DNA of 64,000 nucleotides from Elusimicrobiota bacterium (lineage in GTDB: Bacteria; Elusimicrobiota; Elusimicrobia; F11), in contig JBJXGI010000053.1 in the NCBI GenBank assembly GCA_046153645.1, forward strand, positions 1-64,000, in the 5' to 3' direction. This document shows positions 19,392-29,824 of this stretch, one piece after another (position 1 is the first letter of the stretch; the number at the start of each line of letters is the position of its first letter). The translations under genes and the position numbers were made by a program. The notes under the pieces were generated by a model that was not told the DNA's origin, did not search any database, and saw nothing but the letters and a program-made list of their open reading frames with translations.

Positions 19392-21323
19392 CTAAACACT
19401 AATAATTGAAACTGGTAAAACCTTAAAAAATTCTTTTCGAGTTGTGATCAGATTAAGATTGGAACCCAAAATCGATTCTAATTCTTTTAAAGAGCCCTTA
19501 AATTCGCCAGCCTCTAATGACAACCCTAAATCAATAGCAGTTTGAATGGCGAACTCTAATATCTGTTTTTCAGCCAAATAAGCCCCAGCTGAATGAAGTG
19601 AACGAATCGCTTGAAGAAAATGCTTTTCACTAAAATGCCCGTTTTTTTTCTGTTCGATAAAAGCACGTATACCTAAGCATTTAGCCCGAATTCCGCGGGC
19701 ATTCATAAGACGAGTTTCTGCCTCTATTTTTGACAATTTTTGCAACACATCTTGCCCCTCTAACGTACATGCCTCTAATTGAATTAAGCCAAGTCGTGCG
19801 TTAATTTCAATAAATTTCTGAGAATATTCAATCCCACACTGCGCTGCTTGTTTCCAGTTTTCAACAGCGGCACTCATATTTTTTTGACAAACCTGCAATT
19901 CCCCTTGAATCAAATTCCATTCGGCCAAAAAACGATCAGCCTTACATTCTTTAATCATCTTACCGACCGATATTAATTTTTCTTTTGCTTCAGAAAATTG
20001 ATCTTTACAAATAAAGTACTTTGCTTCTAAAAGGCCAAACTCTATATCAAACTCCTTCGATTTTATTGTACCTTGAAGATCTTTTATCATCCCCTGTTGA
20101 CGGGCAAACGCCTCTAAATCGCCTTGAGTTAAACTCAAATTTAATTTCCCAAGTTCTGCCTTGGCCAATAACGGTTTGTTGTCTATTTGATTTGCAATTT
20201 CTATGACCTTATTGAAACACTCTCTCGCATGTACTGAATCTGTCAAAAGAGCATAGGCAATACCCAAATCATTTTCAGACCACCCAATTCCAACTCTCCA
20301 ATATAAATCTGAATGTAACCCAATCGCCTGATTAAAAATTTGCCATGCTTTGACAATAAACCCTTGATCACGAAGAATTTGAGCAATCTGAAAAAGAGTC
20401 CACGCCATTCCATTACTTTCTCTTAAGGGCCCAAAAATTTTGAGCGCTTTTCGGTTCAATTGATAAGCCTCCGATACTTTTCCTCGCTGCCGAATAATGG
20501 CTGCCAGATGTAAACAACAATAAGCGACTCGGTCTATAAGATCCATGGATTCATATAGATTTTTTGCTTCCAAAATATATTTTTCAGCTAAATCAAATTG
20601 GCACAAACTGCGGTAAATCGTTCCTAATCCCAAAAGACTCCAAGCAAGTCCATTTTGGCTATGAACCTCTCGCATTTTTGAGATGGCATATTGATAAGAT
20701 TCAATAGATTTTTGATGTTCCCCAGAATCCTGATAGATGGTGGCAAAAGTACATGAGTTCCAGGCAAGCCCTACATCTGAAGAAAATTCCAAAAAAATAG
20801 CTTTGGCTTTTTTCGCATAAATAATGGCCTCTCGACGCTGGCCACGGTTAAAAAACACCATCGCAATATTGTCATAGGCCCAGCCGAGTTCGAAGGTGGC
20901 GCCTAACCCTTGAAAAAGCGTCAGCGCTTTATGAGCATATTCCATAGCCAGCGAATTTCGCACCAATTCTCTATTGGCAAAAGATAGTTCTTGATAAACA
21001 AATGCAAGTCCGTAATCGTGTGAAATTTTAAGAAAAATATCTTTCGCAAGAGTTAGAACTTTCACCATCTCATGATATTGTCGTTGACCCTGATAAACAC
21101 TCGCCATATTTACGAGAGAAAAACCAGCGCGAACATCATCAGATGAAACCCGCGCTTTATTAAATTGGCGATTTAGCTCTTTTAGTTTTGCGTTCGCTAC
21201 TTTTCTTGAAAATGACTCAACAGATTCCAGAAAGGAAAGAGTTTCCCGAATAAAATACTGTGAAACATCATTGGCCTGTTTTAATTGTGAAAAATTATTT
21301 TGTTTCTTCTTAAGTTGATTCAT
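19392..21323 (-). CDS. Tetratricopeptide repeat protein (40-aa MalT/TPR_12-like repeats)
   Basis: Recurring G[LM]AW...L..IY...G...A...Y..A units. Confidence 0.8.
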   Translation of the reverse strand: MNQLKKKQNNFSQLKQANDVSQYFIRETLSFLESVESFSRKVANAKLKELNRQFNKARVSSDDVRAGFSLVNMASVYQGQRQYHEMVKVLTLAKDIFLKISHDYGLAFVYQELSFANRELVRNSLAMEYAHKALTLFQGLGATFELGWAYDNIAMVFFNRGQRREAIIYAKKAKAIFLEFSSDVGLAWNSCTFATIYQDSGEHQKSIESYQYAISKMREVHSQNGLAWSLLGLGTIYRSLCQFDLAEKYILEAKNLYESMDLIDRVAYCCLHLAAIIRQRGKVSEAYQLNRKALKIFGPLRESNGMAWTLFQIAQILRDQGFIVKAWQIFNQAIGLHSDLYWRVGIGWSENDLGIAYALLTDSVHARECFNKVIEIANQIDNKPLLAKAELGKLNLSLTQGDLEAFARQQGMIKDLQGTIKSKEFDIEFGLLEAKYFICKDQFSEAKEKLISVGKMIKECKADRFLAEWNLIQGELQVCQKNMSAAVENWKQAAQCGIEYSQKFIEINARLGLIQLEACTLEGQDVLQKLSKIEAETRLMNARGIRAKCLGIRAFIEQKKNGHFSEKHFLQAIRSLHSAGAYLAEKQILEFAIQTAIDLGLSLEAGEFKGSLKELESILGSNLNLITTRKEFFKVLPVSIISV

Positions 21324-21329
21324 AAATTA

Positions 21330-24300
21330 TTAAGCCATTTTAAGATGCTGTTTAAATCTTCGAGTCCTATTATCTAAATATTTTTCGCCATAAGGGCGAT
21401 TCTTTTTTGACACTGCTTTCACTCCGTATTTATCTTTTAAGAAGTGTGGTTTCATTGCTCTCAAGACCCAGACAATGCAACATAAACTCAAAATTCCAAG
21501 AAGCGCACCTACGGGAAACCCGTCAAAAACCCAAGGCGAAACATAACCATCAACAGAATCTATAGAAAGTGCTAAAAAAGGCAAGAGAAATATCGCATGC
21601 GAAAATAGAAATTGACCTTTTTCGGGTAATGACCCCTGAGAAGGAATTATTTCTCCCAAAGTAACTTTCAAATTTTGATCAATCGTAATTTTCACATTTT
21701 CAAAATGCCATGCTTCTTTCTCAGATTCCAAAAAGGTTCCTCCGTTAAGAATCAAACGTACTCTTTTTCTATATTTGAACAAATCCGGTTGACTTGCGAT
21801 CAACTGAGAGAGATCAATCTCCCGATTAACTGACCTCGCATCAATCTCAACAACTCCTGAAAAACTCATATCAGGGAATTTCACCTTCCCATGAACCGTT
21901 AGTTTTCTAAGTCCTCTGATAAGCAGTTGTTCGCCGAAAGCGGCCCGAGCGGTGGGAATAGGCTTATAATAAGTATTACTTGGATCTGTTGGATTTAAAA
22001 TAAAAGCCGGAATGGGATCATTAGGATACATGTCGTGGAACATATCTTCCGCGGAGTCATAAACGAATCGATCCGTTCCTGTCAATACCGCGTAATCTAC
22101 CGCCAATTTAATCGGGGAGAAATTTTTAAAACGTTGGCTCACATCTTTTTCGTCCAAGTCAACCACTTTGACAAGATAGGAATGCCCGGTCACTGTCAAT
22201 AATATATTTTTAGCGGTTTTATTGGTTTGTATATATCGGTTGAGCCCCAAAACAACGGAGGCCAAACCTCCGTCTAAGTTTGCAAATCCGTCTTTATTAA
22301 AGTCTCGACGAATGAGGACCGGAGTTAAAATTTCAGCCAATCTAATATCACCTAATTCTTTGTCCCCATACCCTAAAGAGAGAGATAAACGATGCAAAAT
22401 TTCACCGATTACATATTCGTTAATATAAAGCATGTTTGTATTAAATTTTTGATTCCGAACCTTACGAGGATCTCCTGGTTGTCCTGCCATTAAAAACTCT
22501 GTTTTTTGGCCCGCATCAACCGCCTGTTGAAACTCCATCAGATCTAATAACCATTGCTTAGAATGTTCATCATAAACAGCGCCAAACTTCCCTCCTTTAA
22601 TATCGGCTTCTTGAGCTGTCACCGCTACCAACGAAAGAGGAATTTTATTTTTGATCATATCCGCCATATTATTTTCATCCATATGGCTGTTGAGGTTATC
22701 TCCATTGGCAATCACCCGAACATGTGGCGTCACACTGCCACCATGAGACATTGTTTCTCGATACATTTTCATGGCATGAAACAAGAAATGAAAAGCAGGA
22801 TGACCATGCCCTCCTGTTTGATGCGTTTTATGATCTACAGGCTGACTTGTACTTAAAGACAGATCATCTCTTACAACCTTGGGTAATTTCTTTTGATAAG
22901 TATAACCATAATCGATCCCATCATTTCTTAAAACTTTTCTATTTGAATCGATTGGTTGTCCATCTTCATTACGGTGTCGTTGGTCTTCGTTGGCGACCTC
23001 AAGAAGTTCATCGGTATAATACGTTTCCGTTTCCTTACTAACATAAGGTTCATACACAACACGTGCTATTTTCCGAACACCTTTTTTGAACTTCTTCATG
23101 AATTGCGATAATCCTCCCATAGCAAGAGTGATCTTTTTCTTTTGTAAGTCTCCGTCTCTATTGACATAACCCTTTTCAAACATCAAATCGACGCCTTTTG
23201 AGCGTAGCACCTCAGCATCTCTTGGCATGCTCTCACCAATTCCGCCCTCTAAACGTGTAAAAGTTGCAGTCGCATTTTGAAGCACATCCAAATCAGGATC
23301 TCTCGAAATATCATCATAGGGAATAAAACCCAAATTCGCTTGCTCTGCATCTGTTAACATGGAATACATGAGAAAATTTCCATTAGGATTGTCTCTATCT
23401 AGAATCATTTTTCTTTTCATCTTATCTGGATTCATATTAACCCGATATCCCATGTTTTTCTGATATTCAAATCGAAAAAAAGAAACTAAATATTGAGATA
23501 CATTTCTTAAATTGTGCAAAGGACCCACAGGCATTTCAACATACTGCCGGTACAAGCCCAATAAATACAGAAAATCGGGAGATCCTTTTTCAATTCCAGC
23601 CGCGGCGGCAGCCTTTTCGATATTTTCTTGAGACACAGGCGGAACCCCCTGAAACATTTGAATCTGTTTTTTTAGATAATTCCAAAAAAATACTTCGTAT
23701 TTTACTCCGTTTTTACTTCCCAAAAATTGCCTTACTAATTTTACGGCAACAAAAAGCGTTGTTATAAAGGACCTCCCTATGGCAACAATTTTTTTAGGGG
23801 ATGGCCGGTAAGAAGAAGATTGCAATTGTTTTAATTTGTGCAAATCAAACGTAGGTACTGGAGAAACGCTTGAAGTTAGCGGCGCGTCTAAAACAACGGG
23901 ATCATGATTATTGGATAACAATGACCAGCTCCACGTCATAGAAAAAGTTCCTAATAAAAAAATTAAAAACAAAATAAAAAGAAGAGCGGGCGACAAATCA
24001 TCCAAATGAGAAACAAAAGCTCTTGAAAACAAAGAGAAACTCAAGACATACCCTACACTCAAAGTGAAAGCATCAAATCGTCCCGAAAATTTCGAATTAC
24101 TATTCAAAATAAATTTCTTTAGCAATAAGGGCAGAAGCAAAACAATACTTAAAAGTGAAAAATAAGAAATTCCAAATGCGACATAGCCTCCCTCAGAGAG
24201 AGAAACAAAAGATCGGAGAGATAGCACCGCAAAACCAACGATAGAAAAAAGAGAAAAAACAATTGCCAATTTCTGAAATGATAAAAATTTATTGTCCTCT

Positions 24301-27300
24301 TTTTCATTAGGAATTTTTTCTCGGTATAAATCATATAGTGTTAACAGCTTTTTCTTAGCCTCTAACAGTTCGTTACCAATAACCTTTTCAGAGGGAAAAG
24401 TAAAAGGACCATCTGGAGAGGCTCTAGAATACGCTTCCATTTTCTCCAACTGTTTCACCATATCATCCACCATTACTAATAAATCTTCATCGGCCAATTC
24501 GTCATCTTTAGACATCTGATCAAGATCTATATCATAAGGTGCCAAACTATAGACTTTTTCATAAGGTAACCAGTATTGTTGTGGGAAGGTATCAGTGGCT
24601 CTTTGTTGAAAAGAAGGAACAGTCAACAACAAGAAGTTTTTTGGAAGAAAGGGCATTAATTCTGATCTTAAACCACCAGGCTCATCAGAACCTAGTCGCT
24701 TCTCTATTTCAAGCATTTCTTTTTTTTCTGTCTCGTTTTTATTTTTATTTTCTTTTAATTCTAACAATCTTACTAAAAGCTCTTTCCAAGCTTTATCTTC
24801 TGGAATTCGATCCAAAGAATCCTTAAGAATAACTTTAGAAGTAAATTCAATATTTTGTCCCGTATTAGTGGATTCTACTTCTAGTTCGATCATTGAACGA
24901 ATGCGTTCTAATTCCTTTTTACTTCCCATTAAATCCCACCAAAACATTTCTATTAGTGTTAAAAATCGGGCTTTCAGCGAATGCATATTCTGATATTTTC
25001 TTTGACATCTTGATTCTTCACGCTGCCTTAGTAACAGGCGACATTGTTTTATAAAAATACTCTTAAAAAAACTGGCTTCTGTCTGCCCCCATTCTTTTGG
25101 GGTTCGATGCCCACCTTTGCCAGTAAAAATAATTCTCTTAATTTGGTTTTGACTTTCAATTTCAAATAATATGCGAGCCGCATATTCAGGAACTCGAAGA
25201 AAATGAGATCCTAAAATAATCATGGTATCGACATCTCTAATATTTTTTTTATCCAAAGGTCTCTGCAAAAGACCCAGCGGAACTGGTAGATCTTCTTGAC
25301 GAAATTTTATTTTTTCTACAGCAGAAGAGTGTATTAAAAGAGATCTGTCACTAAAAAAACTAACAACAGGTTGCAAATTTCTAATGATTGCTGACCGAGC
25401 ATTGGAGGTCAAAAACGAATTTATTTTATTCTCATGTAACTGCAATCGACTTAAAAAAGAATGCGGAAAACCCAGAATGAAAGTAGTTAAGATAAATAAG
25501 CCAACTGCCAACGGGAAGGAAATCACATTTAAAATGAAAAGTTTTATTATCAGAGGAAATAAAGGAATAAAAATAAAACTGACTGAGACCCTCAAAGTAG
25601 CCAAAGCAGAGATCAATATACCCCACATAGGCTGTTTATTAGCTTGCATGACTCCAGTTGCCAAATGGAATAAAAAAACAAAAATAATTGCGATTGTTGC
25701 GACATAAGCGCTTTGAACAAAAATAACTGAAAACCATTCCGCTGAAAAAGAGTTTAAACCTTGGGCAATAAGCTGGTATTTCTCAGCAAGAACAAAAAAC
25801 GGGCCAATCAATAAGGGGATAAGCATTGATTCTATTTGCAAGGTACGATCAAGCTTCATTTTTCGCCCTAATACCCAAATGCCCATTAAACCAGGTGATG
25901 AGGGCTGAACCCGAACGGAAACTCGTTTGCCATCAAGCATCAAAGTTTCTGAAGGCGGAGAATTTAAGGAGGAATCTCCAATTGTCATTTCAAGCTCTGC
26001 TGAACCTATTTTCCCCGCAATTTTTTCTCCAGAGCCAAGACGAGACAAAAGCGAGAGATAAAGGTAATACATCATTGAAGAAAGCATCGCTGGCTTACTA
26101 TTGGCGCCAATGAGAAGTTTTTGTGGGATTAAAGATAGATATTGTGCAGAAATTAATTTTTCAAGCGGCGTTTTCTCTTGATGAAATAAGGAAAAATATT
26201 CGGGCGTAGTACCAACCTCAATTGACCGCACTTTAGGGGTTAAAATAATCGTATGACATCTATCCTGAAGAATCTCTTTCATTTCCGGAACATGAAATCC
26301 TCCCCCGATAAAGACAACAGGTTTTCTTTTTTCATTTCCGTTGCTCAAATTTTCCAGAATATTCTGAGCCATTTTAATACTGCGTAAATCAGCCGTCTCA
26401 TAAAAGAGAGCATGGGGTGAATAAGGAGAACTTTTAGGGATTTTTCCTTTTAATTTCTTCGATTCAAAAGGGGTCATACTGAAAAACAATAACTTTTCAA
26501 GTAAATAAAAATCTTCAGATTGTTCAACTACTTTCTTTTCAATTTCATTTTGAATTAACTGGCGATAAGATAGCTGAATCGCGTTATCAACCTCTTCAAA
26601 CAATTGGCTTCCATCAATTTCTTCAATGATTCCTAAGTATTTTTCATACTCCAAAAGAACAGAATATTGCCTGACATCAATCCTTTTCTGGTGTGCCAGG
26701 TCAAAAAGTTTTTTTAAATAATGCTGGAGAGAGATTTTTTTCTGCTGTAAAAAAAACGAGAAATGCAGTAAGAATTCTTTTTCTTTTTGATTAGAAACAT
26801 TCCCAAGCTCTGTCAAAAATAATACTTTCTCTTTCTCAATCTGTTTGAAATCCAACCCCAATTCAACAAGAGAAGCCTGCTGGAATCGTGCCAAGTTTTT
26901 AAAGTTTGCAATAGAGGAAAAAACAAAACGACTCGACAAAAAATTCAACAAGGTTATTTTATTTTTTCGATACTGATAAACCAATTGGTCAAATGACAAA
27001 AGAGCTGAATTAAACACAATGGTTTTTTCTCTATGAAGAGAATGTACATCATCTAAAAATTCCTGAAGAAGCGCCTCACCAGAAGAGACAGCTGATAAAT
27101 AGTGTTTTAAATTTTCTTGGTATAAATTTTCTTCATCCACACCAAAAACAGAGACAAACGACTCTTCCGTTAACCCAATAAAACTGATTCCAGCTATTTT
27201 CTTTGTTTTCAAAAAAGCTTCAGCAACCTTTCTTCTTAATTCGAGCGAGAATTTCCTAAAAGAACCAAATTGAAAATAACCTTGAGCGCCCTCGACATAA

Positions 27301-27689
27301 ACACCACCAATTTTCTTTTCGTCATTCCATTGTTTGATAAGAGTTACAATTTTTTTTTGGGTTTCAGTATGCAAATGGATATCCTGAATCAAGACAATTG
27401 TATGGGGCTTTTCTTTTAAACTTAAAGCGGGAAAAAATTGCACAGAAAAATCCTCTCGAGGGACTGTTAAATCAGCTGAATGTGACTGAGAAAAAAATGA
27501 TCCAAGCACAACATCACTACCACCTTTTCTCAACCCTAATTTATGATCATTATTCTTAAAAGAATTTAGCGCTGGTTGGCTGGCAAATAGTACCTGAGTA
27601 CAAAAATAAATACTCAATACCGAAAAAATCAATGTTTTTCGATATATTATTGGCTTAAACAAATAAGAAAGAAAGGAAGAAATAAACAC
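21330..27689 (-). CDS. Giant multidomain membrane protein A: conserved N-terminal domain, TM block, YdcF/DUF218, TM block, UDP-glucose pyrophosphorylase-like domain
   Basis: IQDIH..VEG..GVD..LRSIKMA..GGFH..TPK..QEKTPL shared with 46148-52663; IILGS/FTGKGG/ESTNTGQN (DUF218); LEGGIGESM, GGHG, NGDNL, DIKGG, FNTN, FSPIK (UDPGP family). Confidence 0.8.
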   Translation of the reverse strand: MFISSFLSYLFKPIIYRKTLIFSVLSIYFCTQVLFASQPALNSFKNNDHKLGLRKGGSDVVLGSFFSQSHSADLTVPREDFSVQFFPALSLKEKPHTIVLIQDIHLHTETQKKIVTLIKQWNDEKKIGGVYVEGAQGYFQFGSFRKFSLELRRKVAEAFLKTKKIAGISFIGLTEESFVSVFGVDEENLYQENLKHYLSAVSSGEALLQEFLDDVHSLHREKTIVFNSALLSFDQLVYQYRKNKITLLNFLSSRFVFSSIANFKNLARFQQASLVELGLDFKQIEKEKVLFLTELGNVSNQKEKEFLLHFSFFLQQKKISLQHYLKKLFDLAHQKRIDVRQYSVLLEYEKYLGIIEEIDGSQLFEEVDNAIQLSYRQLIQNEIEKKVVEQSEDFYLLEKLLFFSMTPFESKKLKGKIPKSSPYSPHALFYETADLRSIKMAQNILENLSNGNEKRKPVVFIGGGFHVPEMKEILQDRCHTIILTPKVRSIEVGTTPEYFSLFHQEKTPLEKLISAQYLSLIPQKLLIGANSKPAMLSSMMYYLYLSLLSRLGSGEKIAGKIGSAELEMTIGDSSLNSPPSETLMLDGKRVSVRVQPSSPGLMGIWVLGRKMKLDRTLQIESMLIPLLIGPFFVLAEKYQLIAQGLNSFSAEWFSVIFVQSAYVATIAIIFVFLFHLATGVMQANKQPMWGILISALATLRVSVSFIFIPLFPLIIKLFILNVISFPLAVGLFILTTFILGFPHSFLSRLQLHENKINSFLTSNARSAIIRNLQPVVSFFSDRSLLIHSSAVEKIKFRQEDLPVPLGLLQRPLDKKNIRDVDTMIILGSHFLRVPEYAARILFEIESQNQIKRIIFTGKGGHRTPKEWGQTEASFFKSIFIKQCRLLLRQREESRCQRKYQNMHSLKARFLTLIEMFWWDLMGSKKELERIRSMIELEVESTNTGQNIEFTSKVILKDSLDRIPEDKAWKELLVRLLELKENKNKNETEKKEMLEIEKRLGSDEPGGLRSELMPFLPKNFLLLTVPSFQQRATDTFPQQYWLPYEKVYSLAPYDIDLDQMSKDDELADEDLLVMVDDMVKQLEKMEAYSRASPDGPFTFPSEKVIGNELLEAKKKLLTLYDLYREKIPNEKEDNKFLSFQKLAIVFSLFSIVGFAVLSLRSFVSLSEGGYVAFGISYFSLLSIVLLLPLLLKKFILNSNSKFSGRFDAFTLSVGYVLSFSLFSRAFVSHLDDLSPALLFILFLIFLLGTFSMTWSWSLLSNNHDPVVLDAPLTSSVSPVPTFDLHKLKQLQSSSYRPSPKKIVAIGRSFITTLFVAVKLVRQFLGSKNGVKYEVFFWNYLKKQIQMFQGVPPVSQENIEKAAAAAGIEKGSPDFLYLLGLYRQYVEMPVGPLHNLRNVSQYLVSFFRFEYQKNMGYRVNMNPDKMKRKMILDRDNPNGNFLMYSMLTDAEQANLGFIPYDDISRDPDLDVLQNATATFTRLEGGIGESMPRDAEVLRSKGVDLMFEKGYVNRDGDLQKKKITLAMGGLSQFMKKFKKGVRKIARVVYEPYVSKETETYYTDELLEVANEDQRHRNEDGQPIDSNRKVLRNDGIDYGYTYQKKLPKVVRDDLSLSTSQPVDHKTHQTGGHGHPAFHFLFHAMKMYRETMSHGGSVTPHVRVIANGDNLNSHMDENNMADMIKNKIPLSLVAVTAQEADIKGGKFGAVYDEHSKQWLLDLMEFQQAVDAGQKTEFLMAGQPGDPRKVRNQKFNTNMLYINEYVIGEILHRLSLSLGYGDKELGDIRLAEILTPVLIRRDFNKDGFANLDGGLASVVLGLNRYIQTNKTAKNILLTVTGHSYLVKVVDLDEKDVSQRFKNFSPIKLAVDYAVLTGTDRFVYDSAEDMFHDMYPNDPIPAFILNPTDPSNTYYKPIPTARAAFGEQLLIRGLRKLTVHGKVKFPDMSFSGVVEIDARSVNREIDLSQLIASQPDLFKYRKRVRLILNGGTFLESEKEAWHFENVKITIDQNLKVTLGEIIPSQGSLPEKGQFLFSHAIFLLPFLALSIDSVDGYVSPWVFDGFPVGALLGILSLCCIVWVLRAMKPHFLKDKYGVKAVSKKNRPYGEKYLDNRTRRFKQHLKMA

Positions 27690-27987
27690 AACTCAATATA
27701 ACTTTGCCGGATTGAAATACCATTAAGATTTTGTAAATTTTCTGTAACATTTTAAAGAACCAGTCGCTTGTTCTGTACGAAAAAATGAGACAGCTGAAGG
27801 GATAAAGCAGGACATTAACTAAATTCAGAAAGAAATAACCCACCAGAGAAAATGGGTCTATTTTTCAAGGAGAATCCTTAAAAGCAGGGTCTATTCTGAA
27901 CCTAAAAAAAACAGCAAGGTTACCCAATTATTACAACATTCTGATGTTAAACAATTGGATGTATGGGTAAATTATTTATAACAAGTT

Positions 27988-29409
27988 TCACTTTTCTACA
28001 CGAATAATACTACCGAATTGGGGGGTCAATGGGCCTTCTTTGGTTTTCATTTTGATCCAGTAATCACCGGGGGTAACCTTAGCTCCCGCTGAAATGGTGG
28101 TTTTGGCTTGCGTGGGTGAAATATATTCGAATTTGCCAATAATAATCTGAGAATCATCAACCTCACATTGAATAGATTCGATAAACTCTTTTGATAAATC
28201 CTTGCCGTAAAGGGTTAATAGGGCCTGCCCCTCCGGCTTTAAACTGGGAGAAATGTCCAGATTCCGAACCCAATTGGGGTTTACAACAACAAAAGCGTCT
28301 CCTAAGCTACTCAATGTTTCACTCGCTAAAACAACGGACAAAGAATAAGACCGGGCTGGAGCGTCTTTAGGAATAGAAAATTTAAAATCGATTCTGCCAG
28401 GTGATCGATATGTAAAAGACGAAGATTGCATTGTTATTCCATCCATCAGAACTTTCAATTGATTCATTGAATCTGGCTGAAAACCACTTCCCTGGAGCAT
28501 GAAAAGACCATATTCTCCTGGCCGATAAAATCTTTCGAGAGATTGAATTCTTTGAACCAACCCTGATTGCCCCAAGTTGGGCTTGACCACTCGAATAATG
28601 CCAGGGCGATCCCATAAAGTTTTTGCGCCCATTTTAACTTTAATCCCATAATCCCCACCGGGAGCCCCTCCAATATCAATATCCCCATCAACCACAAAAG
28701 GGTAAATCGGGACTAAACTATTAACACGAATGGAAGGAGTGGAAGGTTCAACGGTAAAATCGTTGAACATTTTTTCATCTAGATTGGTAAAAATGCGAAA
28801 GCGCCCAGAACGACCCGCCTCACTCATCTCAGTAAAAATGAGGTTTAAAACTTCTCCAGGTCGAATCACCGCATAAGGATCGGGAGCCTGAAAAACAACT
28901 TTGTCATTAATTAAAACCTGAGGAAAATTGACCGTCGTGGCCGCATGGGGGCTAACATGGAGAACTCCACTAATTTGATTGGGCGTCTTCAAAGCCAAAC
29001 TTTTAACCTGTATCTCATTATTGCCCGACTTTACTTGAATCATCTTTTCAAACTCTTTTGTAAAACCAGAACCGTTGATATCAAATGGAATTTGGCTATC
29101 AGGGCCACTCAATGACTGCGCGTAATAAATTCTGATAATTTCAATATCTTTCGGAATAAGTTCTTTGTGAATTTTTACTGGCGGGGGAGTCTGAACCTGA
29201 GATGAAGCCACCGGGTCTTTTGTTTTTATTTTTTTCACAATTTCTGATGATTTTTGCTGATTAAATTCAGGAAGAGTCTCAACAGGAAGAGGGATTGTTT
29301 TACTGACTTCTTCTTTAAGAATTTCAGGTTTTCCACATGATCGCAATAGTAACCAGATAACAATCCCAACAACAATGACTCCTGCAACAGTGAAAACTTT
29401 TTTATCCAA
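27988..29409 (-). CDS. Membrane-anchored protein with repeated IPT/TIG-like beta domains
   Basis: N-terminal TM helix; repeated FDINGSGF / FMLQGSGF / LTLYGKDL and PGxY motifs. Confidence 0.55.
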   Translation of the reverse strand: MDKKVFTVAGVIVVGIVIWLLLRSCGKPEILKEEVSKTIPLPVETLPEFNQQKSSEIVKKIKTKDPVASSQVQTPPPVKIHKELIPKDIEIIRIYYAQSLSGPDSQIPFDINGSGFTKEFEKMIQVKSGNNEIQVKSLALKTPNQISGVLHVSPHAATTVNFPQVLINDKVVFQAPDPYAVIRPGEVLNLIFTEMSEAGRSGRFRIFTNLDEKMFNDFTVEPSTPSIRVNSLVPIYPFVVDGDIDIGGAPGGDYGIKVKMGAKTLWDRPGIIRVVKPNLGQSGLVQRIQSLERFYRPGEYGLFMLQGSGFQPDSMNQLKVLMDGITMQSSSFTYRSPGRIDFKFSIPKDAPARSYSLSVVLASETLSSLGDAFVVVNPNWVRNLDISPSLKPEGQALLTLYGKDLSKEFIESIQCEVDDSQIIIGKFEYISPTQAKTTISAGAKVTPGDYWIKMKTKEGPLTPQFGSIIRVEK

Positions 29410-29410
29410 A

Positions 29411-29824
29411 CTATTCTCCTATTATTTTAATAATGACTCTTTTTTTTCGCTGCCCATCAAATTCAACATAAAAAACTTGCTCCCAAGGACCCAAGTCTAA
29501 TTCACCTTTTGTAATAGGTATCATCGCTTGATGATGAATAATTGTTCGTTTCAAGTGCGCATCCCCATTATCTTCTCCCGTTTGGTGGTGCCTATAGTCT
29601 AAACCATAAGGAGCCAGCTTCTCAACCCAATCAAACAAATCTTTTTTCAGCCCCTCTTCTTCATCATTCACCCAAATTCCAGCAGTAATATGCATCGCTG
29701 AAACAAGACAAAAACCTTCTTTAACCTTTGATTTAGCAACACAAGTTGAAATGTCCGGAGTCATATTTAAGATTCCATATCTCGCTGGAGTGTTAAACCA
29801 TAAATATTCAGTAAAAGACTTCAT
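29411..29824 (-). CDS. yjbQ: YjbQ/UPF0047 family protein
   Basis: HITAG, EDNGDAHLK and LGPWEQVFYVEFDG motifs. Confidence 0.9.
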   Translation of the reverse strand: MKSFTEYLWFNTPARYGILNMTPDISTCVAKSKVKEGFCLVSAMHITAGIWVNDEEEGLKKDLFDWVEKLAPYGLDYRHHQTGEDNGDAHLKRTIIHHQAMIPITKGELDLGPWEQVFYVEFDGQRKKRVIIKIIGE

